Counted from the first letter of the stretch, positions 13,822 to 26,987 are shown. The stretch: DNA of 64,000 nucleotides from Octopus vulgaris (GCA_951406725.2 OX597823.1:49600001-49664000), one strand, 5' to 3'. The notes: generated by a model from the sequence alone, not told the origin. Numbers and translations: made by a program.

Positions 13822-14012
13822 ATGCACATGTGTATGCATGGATGTTTGTATCGTCACGTTAACACTGTCTGTAGAAACACTTCACATTAGCACTGATTGT
13901 GATTGTGTGTGTTTCATAACTTAATGGTACCACAAGTATACTTCACTATGGCAGCACTCCAGAAAAGTTGCAGTCCAATGAATGAAACAAACAAAAGAGT
14001 AGAAAAGTAAAT
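13635..14012 (+). mobile_element. SINE family B, diverged
   Basis: Degenerate head, (GT)n and tail. Confidence 0.6.
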
Positions 14013-14215
14013 AAAGAACATTAATATGAATGAGTAAGTTTATGCATAAACATTGCATATTATTTGCATGTCATTACAAGTCTAATCAGCTATTATTCTC
14101 ACACCACATAGACTTATTTTTTTATTGCACACTGATGGGAGCCTATTTGAGCACAACTATCCAAGGATACTATTGTTCACAAGGGCACACAATTTATATA
14201 TATATATATATATAT

Positions 14216-14850
14216 ACAATAAATTCAGGGTGAATACTTGATAAGTGTAAGCACCTGTATATGCCAGCTAGTAGCAGAGGTGATACAGTAGGGACGGATT
14301 TTCGAAGTCCAATGATACCCTACATACCTATTTGATTATGAAGATTTACAAACATACTTTCTCAGTGAAACTCAATACACTCACCATTATAGATAATACC
14401 AAATGTACATTTTTGGATTTTTCATAATGTGATGTAAGTCTTTGGTATAGCAATTGCATGTGGCTGAAGAGAGCTTTAAACCATCTGTTATGCCGATTAT
14501 ACATTGATGTAAGAATAGGTTGTTTTATAAAGCTTGAAACACATAGCAAAATTTAGAAATAGCAGTTAAAACTAGCTATTTCACTACCGTAAGAAAATCT
14601 AGCTGTTTCACTACCATAAGAAAATCTTCCAGACAACCCATGCAGGTAAAGAGAAAAAATAGCAAATCCACCCAGCTTTGATTAACTGTATACGCGTTTC
14701 AGAGTTAGAGAGATGTGAAAAATGTAAAATCATATTTCCACTCTATCATTCTCCTCTTCAGTACAGTAATTCAAGATTTTAAATTTGAGAGCACTGCAAA
14801 AATTAAACATACTTATCTGACCAGGCGACATCAGACAACATACATCTAAT
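14216..14850 (-). mobile_element. Hammerhead-bearing cassette, probable Penelope-like solo pLTR
   Basis: Bounded by (TA)n on both sides. Contains the minus-strand hammerhead and an internal 27-bp tandem duplication at about 14573-14627. Confidence 0.55.
14685..14767 (-). ncRNA. Type I hammerhead ribozyme motif, intact core
   Basis: Minus strand reads ACTGTA CTGAAGA GGAG...CTCT GAAA CGCG TA TACAGT. Stem I ACTGTA/TACAGT, stem II closed by G.U, palindromic stem III ACGCGT, GUA triplet with cut between 14691 and 14690. Confidence 0.85.
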
Positions 14851-14876
14851 ATATATGTATATATATACTATAAGCC

Positions 14877-16500
14877 ATAGATGAGGTGGATGCAAACTGC
14901 TGGTCCTGATGGTTTCCCCAGCAATCCTCCTCAAATAGTGTAAGCGTGCCCTGGCAAAACCCCTCTAGATTCTCTTCCAGAGCTTTCTTGCAAATGGCAA
15001 ACTGGCAAGCAAGCTGAAAGAGGGAATAATATGCCCAATTCAGAAAGGGGGAAGCAGAGCAGATGTTAAAAACTATAGGCCTATCTCTCTGACTTCACAC
15101 ATCAGCAAAGTCATGGAACGGATAGTCAGAGGAAAACTAATTGCATTCCTTGAAGAAAATAACTTGCTGAGTGCTACACAGCATGGCTTTCGACCAGGTA
15201 GGAGCTGCCTGACCCAGCTCTTACAACATTATGACTAGATGTTGAGGTAGCTACTCAACAACTCAAATGTGAACGTAATATACCTTGATTGTGCAAAAGC
15301 TTTTGACAAGGTGGATCATGGTATGATATGCCACAAACTGCATGATCTCGGCATTGCTGGAAAACTTGGAGAGTGGTTACATGACTTTCTGAAAGATAGG
15401 AGTCAGGCAGTAGTGGCCACTGAAGCCACCTCTATAAACACACAAATAGTGAGCGGTGTTCCACAGGGCACTGTTTTGGGACCACTGCTTTTTATAATGG
15501 CCCTCTCAGATATACCCTCAAGTGCCTGGATAGTCACCCTTGCAAGCTATGCAGATGATACGAAAGTCTCACAGAAAATACAGAATCCCAGCAATGTTGC
15601 ACACCTGCAGCAGGAGTTGGACTCAATTTACAGATAGGCTGAGGATAATAATATGCAGTTTAATGCTGAAAAATTCCAAGCCCTGTGCTACCAACATCCA
15701 AAACTGAATATGAAACTTACAGGGTACACCAGTCCACAGGGATTTTCAATCCCAGAGCCTAAATCAGTGAGGAACCTGGGTATTGACATGAGTGATGATA
15801 CTACTTTCCAAGTGCACATTACCAAGATAGTGACAAAGTGTAGATGACTGGCTAGATGGATCCTAAGAATATTCAGAACCAGAGATAAGGAAACAATGAT
15901 GGTCCTCTGGTGGACATTCGTCCTCAGCCACCTGGATTACTGCTCAAAGGTATGATCACCCACCAGTGTGAAATTAACAGCGGACCTTGAAGCAATCCAG
16001 AGAAGATTCACAAAGAAGATCGTCTCTTTGCAACAGCTCAGCTACTGGGAAAGGTTGAAACAGCTAAGACTCTACTCCCGGGAGAGAAGATGGGAGAGGT
16101 ATGCAGTAATATATATCTGGAAGATCCTGGAAGTGCCAAATTTTGGCATTGAAAGCTACACCAATGCCAGAACGGGACGACACTGCAGAGTGCCAAAGAT
16201 CCCAGCAATGTCATTGCGCTTCAGGACCAGCTACTGCAACAGCCTGGATTTCAGGGGCCCACAGCTTTTTAATATTCTCCTAAAAGCCTGATGAACCTGC
16301 ACAAAGTAGATGTAGGGGTTTTTAAATCAAAGCTGGACCTCTTCCTGTCGAGAGTCCCAGGTGAACCTACCTCATGGCAAGAGGTGTAAATGAGGTTAGC
16401 TACATCAAACTCCATTCTTCACTAAGTGCCACATATTAGAGGAGGCTCTCAGTAATAATAGTGTAGCAAAACGGCAGTGCATCAGCTGAAACTAGAGAGA
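14877..16500 (+). mobile_element. Decayed CR1-like LINE (RT and 3' end)
   Basis: GPDG, NYRPISLTS, QHGFRPGRSC, YLDCAKAFDKVDH, SGVPQGTVLGPLLF, YADD and ERLKQLRLYS motifs across broken ORFs 15269-16291. Confidence 0.93.
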
Positions 16501-16518
16501 AAAAAAAATATATATGTA

Positions 16519-16568
<50 letters not shown>

Positions 16569-16672
16569 ATATTTCGGAATGGTCATATTGCCAGTTTAGC
16601 CAATAAAATCTTGCACAACAAATATTTAAACGTATATATATATATATATATATATATACGTATATATATATT

Positions 16673-16736
<64 letters not shown>

Positions 16737-16752
16737 TATGTATATATATATA

Positions 16753-16811
16753 CATCATCATCATCATCATCATCGTTTAGCGTCCGTTTTCCATGCTAGC
16801 ATGGGTTGGAC
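16753..16811 (-). mobile_element. Extreme 5'-truncated RTE 3' stub
   Basis: (CAT)n followed by CGTTTAGCGTCCGTTTTCCATGCTAGCATGGGTTGGAC, identical to the 3' end of the RTE copy at about 6515-6552. Confidence 0.9.
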
Positions 16812-16833
16812 TACATATATATTTATATACATA

Positions 16834-16966
16834 TATACACACAAATTAGTTAAGCTTATATATAATTCAATTTATGTATAGATTTAATATTTAACTCATT
16901 TATAGAATTAACTAAAGTTTCTATTATTACTAAATATATAATAAGTTTAACTAATTTGTGTGTATA
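16834..16966. repeat. 26-bp inverted repeat at start of AT-rich insert
   Basis: TATACACACAAATTAGTTAAGCTTAT (16834-16859) versus ATAAGTTTAACTAATTTGTGTGTATA (16941-16966), one mismatch. Confidence 0.85.
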
Positions 16967-17174
16967 GATTTGACCCATTTTCTATTTTTAATTCTTGTAG
17001 TTATAGTTTGTAGTAGTATTATGTATATGAGTTAGCATGAAGTTTTTTAGTATATATTACATAATTAGAATAAGCTTAAACTTAGATGTTTATCAAATAG
17101 GAATATAATTAAATAATTTAATGGATATAAATTAAATTATAGTATTTTAGCTTCACTTAATGTATATTATGTAT

Positions 17175-17423
<249 letters not shown>

Positions 17424-17484
17424 TAAAACAGTAAGATAACAAAAGAAAGAAAGAGACCTCAATATTATGTAAATAGAGGAAATT

Positions 17485-17694
17485 TATCTATAAAATAATA
17501 TGTTACATTACTCGATAGTCAAGATAAAACTCTGAGTTTCAGATGCCGAAGTGGGAATCCATAACGCCATCTCTTCGGTTATCAGGGGAAATAGCCAGAT
17601 AACCGAAGAGATGGCATTGTGGATTCCCACTTCGGCATCTGAAACTCAGAGTTTTATCTTGACTATCGAGTAATGTAACATATTATTTTATAGA

Positions 17695-17696
<2 letters not shown>
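17485..17696. repeat. Near-perfect long hairpin (99-bp arms, 14-nt loop)
   Basis: 17485-17583 is the reverse complement of 17598-17696 with only two differences (17562/17619 and 17565/17616). Confidence 0.97.
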
Positions 17697-17744
<48 letters not shown>

Positions 17745-17911
17745 AAAGTAAAAAAAAATACAAACTGGGACAAGAACGTGAAACATTTAGAAGACGACAC
17801 AAAAAACACGGATGGGACATTCGAAGCCCTCAATCATCAGTCAAGAACCGGATCATCTTCGCAATTTTGGCTGATTAATCTTGAGATTATTTTATATATA
17901 TATATATATAT

Positions 17912-18571
<660 letters not shown>

Positions 18572-18592
18572 CTATATTTATATATATATATA

Positions 18593-19290
18593 TTGTTTTA
18601 AATATTTAGTTTTAATTACTTGTATTTTAATTTTGCAGTAATGATATACTATAGTTTGTTATTTTTTCTTCTATAAGCTATAATATATTTTCATGGATAA
18701 AATAAATATTTCTATCTATTTATTCTAGTTTTATTTACACCACGTTTTTAATTAGATAAATTTATTATAAACACTATTTCCTACATATTAAGTTTAATGA
18801 TTTAGTTAACAGAATATATTCAATAAGATATTTCATGTTTTTATTTTAAGACATATTGCTGAATTTTTGGGGTTATTTATTGTAAAATTACGTATTTTTA
18901 TATATATTTATATTTTCTTATAAGATAATATACTTACATTTATTTTATTATTTTATTGTTTTTATCTTAGACCTGATGAGTAACTATATTTAAATTGAAT
19001 TGATTTTATTGTTATCAATTTGTAAATATAGCCACGAAACACATGTAGTCTATTTACTAATTATATACTATTTATTTATTATTTCATACATTATTTAGTT
19101 CTAGGTAAATGTTTTATCGTGGTTTAATTTTTTTTCTATATGGTATGATTTAAGTATATCATTGTTGAATTGCTACATAGTGGTTCTTCTCTAGTTTATA
19201 TACATGTATTATATATTGTGAAATTTGATTTAGTATTACTAAATTGAATTTTTCCCTGTAAGCTTGAAATCATATTCCATAATATTATTA
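18593..19290 (+). mobile_element. Very AT-rich hammerhead-bearing cassette, probable Penelope-like solo pLTR/3' UTR
   Basis: Discrete non-coding block bounded by TA-rich microsatellites and containing the 18968-19052 hammerhead. Boundaries approximate. Confidence 0.55.
18968..19052 (+). ncRNA. Type I hammerhead ribozyme motif, intact core
   Basis: Stem I TAGAC/GTCTA. Core CTGATGA 18973-18979. Long stem II: GT/AC, 2x2 mismatch, CTATATTTA/TAAATATAG. GAAA 19036-19039. Stem III AC-ACAT-GT. GUA triplet, predicted cut after 19047. Confidence 0.88.
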
Positions 19291-19477
19291 TTATTATTAT
19301 ACATATTTATACATATACATACACATATATATATATATATATACACACACATATATATATATGCACACACACACACACATATATATATATATACATATAT
19401 ATGTATATACACACACACATATATATATATACACACTGCCATTGTATGTATGTATATATATATGTTTTTCAATTTAA

Positions 19478-20730
19478 AATTTTTCAGCTGCAAAGCTGCA
19501 GTCATTGACTGAGCAATTCCATTATTTGGAACCTCCTCTAATATGTGGCATTTTGTCAATGAGTGAGTTTGATGCTGCTGCTCTTATCTTTGTTTCCTGC
19601 CTTGAGGTAGGCTTGTCTGGAACCTGTAACAGGACGAGATCCAATTTTGTTTTAAAGACACTTACATCCACACCATGCAGGTCTCTCAGGCATTTTGGAA
19701 GAATATTAAAGAGCTGTGGGCCCTTGAAGCCCAAGCTGTTGCAGTATCTGGTCCTGTATTTTGATGGCGATGCTAGGATCTTTGGCTATATGCAGTGGCG
19801 CCCCGTTCTTCAGTTTGAATAACTTTCAATGCCAAAGATTGAAGGAATCTAGGATTTTCTAGATGTATATCATTGCATATCTCTCCTGCCTTCATTCCAG
19901 AGAGAAGAGTTTTAATTCTTTCAGTCTTCCCCAGTAGCTGATGTGTTGCATTGAGAAGATCTTCTTAGTGTAGCTTCGTTGGATTTCTTTGAGTTCCGCC
20001 GTGGATTTTTTATTGTGTGGTGACCATAGTTGGGAGCAATAGTCTAAGCGGCTTAGCACGTATGTCCCCCAAAAGATCATCAATGTCTCCTTTTCTCTTG
20101 TTTTGAAAGTTCAGAGGGTCCATCTAGCCAGCTGTCTGCATTTTATTACCAAATTGGTAATAAGCACTTGGAAAGATGCATCATTGCTTATGTCAATGCC
20201 CAGGTCATGCACTGACTTTAATTCAGGGATTTCAATTCCTCTAGGGCCAGTGTATCCTGTCTGCAAGTTATTTAGCTTTGTATGTTGGCAGCATATGGCC
20301 TGCAATCTTCCTGCATTAAACTGCATATTGTTGTCCTCAGCCCACCTGTATATTGCGTCCAACTCCTGTTGCGGATGTGCAATATTTCCAGGATTTTGTA
20401 TTGTCAGAGAGACTTTTGTGTCATCTGCACAGCTAGCAAGGGTAGCTATCTGAGCAGCCAAGGACATGTCTGAGAGGGCCACTATGAACAGCAGTGGGCC
20501 CAAAACAGTGCCCTGTGGAACACCACTTACTATTTGCATTTCCTTAGAGGTTGCTCCGTTGGCCACTACTGCGTGATGTCTATCCTTTAGAAAGCTGTGC
20601 AGCCATTCTCCAAGTTTTCCGCATATGCTGAGATCATGCAGTTTGTGACATATCATACGATGGTCAAATTTGTCAAAGGCTTTTGTAAAGACGAGATATA
20701 TTACACCTACACTTGAGTCATTAAGCAGCT
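19478..20730 (-). mobile_element. Second decayed CR1-like LINE copy, inverted relative to 14877-16500
   Basis: ORFs 20111-20656 (SGVPQGTVLGPLLF, CADD), 19892-20083 and 19522-19734 are homologous to the first copy. Confidence 0.92.
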
Positions 20731-20855
20731 GTATATATATATATGTATATAGATATAAATGTATATATATATTTCTTTTTTTATTTCATCTGGTTTCAGC
20801 TCATGAGCTGTGGCCATGCTATATGTATATATATAGATATATATGTATATATATA

Positions 20856-22107
20856 TATTGGGTTGGCAACTAACATTTATTGCGTTTTTAAATTTTGCTT
20901 TTTTTTTTTTTTTTTTGAGAATTCTATTTTTGAATCATTTTGGAATGTAATGTGTATTTTTCTAGTTAATTTTAAACTTTTGTTTATTAAAATGGAATGT
21001 CAAGTTAAGAAAAACGAGCATTTTCGACACCTCCTTTTTGTTTTTAATCAAGGTTCTAAGGCCGCAAGAGCTGCTCATGACATTTGTCCTGTGTATAGAG
21101 AGCATGCCATAGCTGAAAGAACCACTTGTAATTGGTAAGCAAAGTTCAAAAATGGAAATTTTGACCTCAAAGACGCACCTCATTCTGGACATCCAGTTGA
21201 CTTTGATGAAGAGCAATTAAACCAACTTTTGGACAAAAATTCCTGCCAAATTACAAGGGAACTGGCAGAGAAAATGGAATGCTCCCACAATGCTATAGAG
21301 AAGCATCTTCACTCGATGGGAGAGGTTCAGAAGTATGGAGCATGAGTTCCGCATACTTTAAGTGACAACAACAAAAATCAACAAGCCACAATCTCCACTG
21401 GTTTGCTTGCTCGTCACCACTCAACTCATGGACACAAGCAATGATTTCTTTACCAAATCATTACTGACGATGGAAAATGGTGCCTATACATTAATATGAA
21501 GCAGCATAAGGAATGGCTTAGCCCTTGTAAACAAGCAACACCGTGCATGAAACAAGTTCTTCATCCGTGTAAAACGATGTTGTCCGTATGGTAGGGCTGG
21601 GAAGGGATTATCCATTATGAATTGCTTGAACGGAACCAAGCAGTCAACGTGGAACACTATGTTCAACAGATGGAATGACTCAACATGGCTATTCAAGAGA
21701 AAAGACCTAATCTGCAACATGGAGTTCTTCTTCTGCATGACAACACCCACCCTCATATCGCCAATATGACCAAGGAAGTCATTCAAACGCATGGCTGGTA
21801 AGTGTTGCTACACCTGCCGTACTCTCCTGATTTGGCACCAACGGATTTCCACCTCTTCGATCTCTTTCAAATGCTATGCATGGAGTTTCGTTCAATCCTG
21901 ATGCAGAATTGAGAGTTTGGTTGGATCAATTTTTCGAGTTGAAATCGGGTGCTTTCTACCAACAAGGTTTTGAAAAACCTTGTTGAATGTTGGGAAGAAG
22001 TTGTAAACAACAAAAGTGAATACATTATTGATTAATTAGTTACTTTTTATTAAACGTTTTAAAAAATAAAAATTTAAAAGACTGGTGGGAACTTAGTTAC
22101 CAACACA
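20856..22107 (+). mobile_element. Near full-length dead mariner (Tc1/mariner DD34D) transposon
   Basis: Left end TATTGGGTTGGCAACTAA within (TA)n. Degenerate right TIR TTAGTTACCAACACA. About 1.25 kb, enclosing a transposase pseudogene. Confidence 0.9.
20992..22035 (+). pseudogene. Mariner transposase pseudogene
   Basis: MECQVKKNEHFRHLL...*VPHTL (WVPHEL)...IITDDGKW (TGDEKW)...LLLHDN...YSPDLAPTDFHLF...YIID*. Several in-frame stops and late frameshifts. Confidence 0.92.
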
Positions 22108-22557
22108 CCCCACATAGGCTTTCCCCACCTCCCCACAACATCACACCACACTACACTACACCATTACACATCACATATACATACACACATCCAGACCACC
22201 AGCCCTCTTTCACATGCACATACATACTCTCTTATGCACACATGCACCTTCATGTTGGGGCAAGGTCACTTGACCCTGTTATCTCCCCTACTATCCCTCT
22301 AGCGTCTAACGTCTGACCTCTAACGTTTGACCTCCGATCTCTGACTTCTCCTGAAATCAGAACGCCATGTTCAATCGTTAGCCCCTACACGCAATTTTTT
22401 TCTCTCCTTATTTCTTTTCTGTGTATCTTTCTGTCGAAGAGCGTAGGCTCGAAACGTAAAAGACTTGTTTTATTTCTATTCCTGAGCGCCATACTAATAC
22501 TTTGTTTGTTTGTACCCCACCTGCCTTCGTCTTTTGTTTATTTTCATAAACCTTCCC

Positions 22558-22560
<3 letters not shown>
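22108..22560 (+). mobile_element. Penelope-like element 3' UTR/pLTR fragment
   Basis: C/A-rich tract, hammerhead-like motif, and a terminus homologous (reverse complement) to 63428-63533, which lies downstream of a GIY-YIG coding end. Ends in (TA)n. Confidence 0.7.
22426..22463 (+). ncRNA. Atypical minimal hammerhead-like motif in Penelope-like 3' end
   Basis: TCTTT CTGTCGA A GAGC-GTAG-GCTC GAAA C GTA AAAGA. Stems I and II are perfect, core has A6 replaced by U plus an extra A, and stem III is reduced to the palindrome ACGT. Confidence 0.6.
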
Positions 22561-22593
<33 letters not shown>

Positions 22594-22616
22594 TGTATAT
22601 GTATATATACATATCC

Positions 22617-23120
22617 AGGCAATCCAATGAAGTAATACAAAGAAGATAGCCTCTATGCAGCATACAACCTACTGGGAAAGACTCAATTCATTAAGGCGTA
22701 GGTGAGAAAGATATGCCATAATATACATCTTGAAGATCCTGGAAGCACTTGCCCCAAACTTTGGCATCGAGAGTTACACAAATACTAGAACTGGGCTCCA
22801 CTGCATTGTGCCAAGGACTCCAAAGATTTAGGACAAGATGCTGCAATAGCCTGGGCTTCAATATCCTCCCCAACGACCTGAGAGACCTGCATGGGGTGGA
22901 TGTAGGTGTCTTCAAAATAAAGCTGGACCTATTACTGTCAAGTGTCCCAGATGAACCAACATTGCAGCAGGAGGTGCAGATGAGGGCAGCTGCATCAAAT
23001 TCCCTCAAGCACCAAATGTCAATTCCTAAAAAGCATTTGTGAAGTAAAATTATGTAGCAACACCAAATGGCAGTGCTCTAGCATGGCCACAGCTCATAAG
23101 CTGAAACTAGATATAAAAAA
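22617..23120 (+). mobile_element. Third CR1-like LINE 3' fragment
   Basis: ORF 22749-23042 FNILPNDLRDLHGVDVGVFKIKLD matches the C-terminus of the other copies. 3' tail GCATGGCCACAGCTCATAAGCTGAAACTAG. Confidence 0.88.
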
Positions 23121-23157
23121 ATGTAAATATGTATATACACATATCCATATACATATT

Positions 23158-23190
<33 letters not shown>

Positions 23191-23389
23191 GTATGTATAT
23201 ATCTATCTCTATATATATGTGTGTGTGTGAGTGGACAAACAAAAGGGCACTCAACCAGTTTACTGGTTGTTATATATATGTGTATATATATTTATATATA
23301 TATATATATATATATATTTGTCTACATATGTGTGTGTGCATATATTTATATATATATATGTATGTGTGTGTGTATGTTGTGTGAGTGTG

Positions 23390-24050
23390 TGGCAGTTGTG
23401 TTGGTACAATAAGCACTAAGAGCACATGGTATTTAGTCTCTCTGAAATACTCGAGAGGATCTCTTGAAGTTGCAGATATTTCTTGCTACTTAGCTGACCA
23501 AATTAGAAATGTTGGTGGATGCTTTGAAATTATTCTTTCTAGAATAAGAATAGGATGCAGGAATTTCAGCGAAGTATTGTTTCTCTGTCAGAGTGGAAGG
23601 CGAATTGTATGATGCTTGTGTATGACTGGCTATACTCCATGATAGTGAGATATGGGCTCTGAATATAGGGAACATGTGTAGACTGGAGAGGAATGAGGGT
23701 AGTAAACTCTGTTGGATGTGCAACATCACTGTAGATGAACAGCAAAGTATAACTGCGTTGAGAGAAAAGTTGGGCATAAGAAGAATTAATTGTGGCATGC
23801 AGGGGGAGAGACTACATTGGTTAGGACATGTGATGTGCATGAATGAAGATAGCTGTATAAGGAAGAGCCAATCACAGAAGGTGGATGGTACCTGTGGGAG
23901 AGGCAGACCCAGGAAGACATGAGATGAACTGGTGAGGACCAATCTTAGGATGTTATGTCCATTGGAGGAAATGACAATGGACCAAGATGTCTGGTGCTAT
24001 GAGGTTCTAGAGAAGACCTGCCCATGTCAGCATAACTGAGTGCTAGAAGT
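23390..24050 (+). mobile_element. Old diverged RTE LINE 3' fragment
   Basis: ORF 23674-23922 LREKLGIRRINCGMQGERLHWLGHV...RGRPRKT is homologous to 7192-7869. Confidence 0.85.
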
Positions 24051-24419
24051 ATTGTGTCCCACCCACACATAACAATAAAATTTTCACATACCCTGTAACA
24101 GAGCGGTTCGGCAAAAAGAGACCGATAGAATAAGTACTAGGCTTACAAAGAATAAGTCCTGGGATCGATTTCTTCAATGACTAAAGGTGGTGCTCCAGCA
24201 TGGCTGCAGTCAAATGACTGAAAGAAGTAAAAGAAAAGAATACCCAATCCCTAGAATCTAAACTGTATCTCCTCTCCCAAACTGCATCGTTTCTCTTCCT
24301 CACATTTCCTCTGCATACACTATTATTTTCTCCCATTCTCCATCTTTGCCCTCACTGCCTTACTCACTTTATTGCTGCTTTCCCCATCCCCCTCTTTATA
24401 CCCAGATTCTCACCAGTCA

Positions 24420-25153
24420 CTGCAATCCCCACCCCCGCTCTCTACTTTCACCTTCTTGGTAATACCTGGTCACATATATTATGTCCCCATACATTGAGGG
24501 CATGCCCTGGGAATTGATACCATTTATCTCTCTCTTCCTATCTCTACCATCCCATCTACTCTCATTCCTTATGACTATACCCTGGCACTTCACAATCATC
24601 TCTCTTTCTGTCTCCCACACTCTCTCTTTCTTCTGGCTGGGTACCCATGTATCTCCTCTATAGCATGTGTCTCTGTCCTCTTTCTTGTTACCACTCTCTC
24701 CCTCTCTCTTGGCCAGGTAACCATGTACCTCCTCTATAGCAAGACACCTGTTTATGTTTCTCTGTCACACTCTAACCTTTCATCATCTGATACAAAATCA
24801 CCTCCTCAAATGTCCTGTCCCAAAATTCCTTGTCTTGCAAGTTACTTGGTGACCCTAACAGTGCTGGTGCCATGTAAAAAGCACCCAGTTCTCACTGTGA
24901 AGTGGTTGGCATTTGGAAGGGCATACAGCTGTAAAACCCATGCCAAAACTGACCTCGCTTGTGCTGGTGCCACCTAAAAAGCACTCAGTCCACTTTACGG
25001 GGTGGTTGGTGTTTGGAAGGGCATCCAGCAATAAAAGCCATGACAAAACAGACACAATAGCATGGTGTAGTCTTCTACCTGGCTAGCTCCTGTAAAACTG
25101 CCCAGCGCATACCAGCATGGAAGATGGATGTTAAATGATGATGATGATGATGA
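24420..25153 (+). mobile_element. RTE-tailed non-autonomous element with pyrimidine-rich 5' part
   Basis: Duplicated AAGCAC...GTGGTTGG...GGAAGGGCAT module and a (GAT)n tail. Confidence 0.7.
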
Positions 25154-26264
25154 AATGTATGTGTGTGTGTGTGTGTAAATGTATTAAATGTCACACAGAC
25201 AGAAAACTAACTGTCCTAACTTGTTATTTTAAAAATAAACAGATGTCAGCAAAATAAACAAATATTCTTTTCTGAAATGTTACTCAAAACAATGAACTGT
25301 GTCTAAACCTGTAACCTTGCTTTTATATATAGTGTATGTATAAACATATACATTTGTCAAAAAGTCTTAGTAAGGAAGAGACTACATGACTTTAGTAAAG
25401 TTACACAGTTGCTTAAGATGCTTAGAATAAAATAGCTGTAGCAACCACTGATGATAGTTATTCTTTTACTAGCTTTCAGTTACAGAGTGGTAACCATTTA
25501 AGGGCTATTTTAGTCAATTAAATCCACCCAATACTTTGTCTAGTATTTATTCTACCAACATTATCACTCACTAAGTAGGTAGGTGTATTAAATAAACTCG
25601 GAAGAGACTTGTTTTATTTATAGCAAAGTGCTGGCATGTTTTTAGCTTTTTTAATTGAGGGGTCTGGAGGAAGAGGCAGTAGCTATGGCCTTTGGAGGCA
25701 CTCTTAAACCAGTGAGTCTAATGCTATTAATGTTGCTTTTGAGCCATTGTAAGTCAATAAACAGTGAGAAACACATGAACAAGGAGGGAATTCTCACAGC
25801 TATGAGATAATGCATGATTAATTTGAAACAATGTGAATAAATAAGCATTACATTTGACATAGCAATCTAAATACTAAAGGGTTAAATCATACATAGTATT
25901 AAGCACCCACTTAACTACTAAGTATTCATGCAGCAGATGTCCCTAGGTAAATGATAATTGAGTACTCAGAAAACAAAAGCCAAGACAAATGAAGCTATAC
26001 CCTGATAAGATAAGAAATCACCTGATTATGGGTCATAGTTCAAATATGCTGCAGTTTTTATTGTGTTTCTCAGCAAAATACTTGATTGCACATAGCTTCA
26101 GTTCACCAAGCTGCTGCAAATAGGTACCAAAATCATCTAGGAACCTTCAACCTCAGACACGTGACCATCCCTAATCTTGGTCTACTATGTCATGAGATCC
26201 AAATTCTAGTTTTCATCATGAGCTGCATACAATGGCTTTAGTTCAGAAGTCTACTGTACATTAA

Positions 26265-26463
26265 CTCTTTAGCATTCAGATTCCTGTCAAATGTAACACC
26301 ATTTTGAATTTAATATACATTATCTTGTAGCTTCAAAATTTCTATGATATGGTTATTTTTAGAATGACACTGTAGGATAGGTGTGAGAGGCTGGACCTGG
26401 CCAGTTTGAACATAAAACAGGTAGAATATTCGGGCAGATATGGCTGGTCAAAATGCTAAAGGG
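26265..26463 (+). mobile_element. piggyBac-type MITE, family 1
   Basis: TTAA-CTCTTTAGCAT ... ATGCTAAAGGG-TTAA. A partial inverted copy lies at about 25795-25885. Confidence 0.85.
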
Positions 26464-26694
26464 TTAACCCCATTCATGCAATGACATACGCCACCAGATG
26501 AATGATAGTTGTTTGTGAAGGGTTCCTAGAACAGTATGTAAACCTCAAACAAGTTTCTTCACTCATACCAATACATCTACAAACATCAAATGGAAAATTT
26601 AGGCATACTAAACTGAAAATAATAGAGCAACATTTGTGAAAAGTTATGGATTTTATGTACTCAATGGATGAAAAGCTTAATGTGAAACTTGAAA

Positions 26695-26902
26695 GGATGG
26701 CAAGCTGGTAGAATCGTTAGCATGCCAGGCGAAATGCTTAGGTATTTCGTCTGCCACTACGTTCTGAGTTCAAATTCAGCACTGCCTTTCATCCTTTCGG
26801 GGTCAATTAAATAAGTACCAGTTACACACTGGGGTCAATGTAATCGACTTAATATCTTTGTTTGTCCCCTCTATGTTTAGCCCCTTGTGGGCAATAAAGA
26901 AA
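26695..26902 (+). mobile_element. SINE family A
   Basis: Same head, core and AGCCCCTTGTGGG tail as 18343-18571. Confidence 0.82.
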
Positions 26903-26987
26903 TATAATGTGAAACTTGGTCATTGAATATATAGAGACACACTGATACATATTTAGTTAAAATGACTGAAGCATATATTAAATAGTA

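Noticed and set aside
17740-17892. Short TA-flanked insert with minus-strand CTGATGA
   Set aside because: No hammerhead fold can be completed. Probably a truncated repeat end of unknown class.
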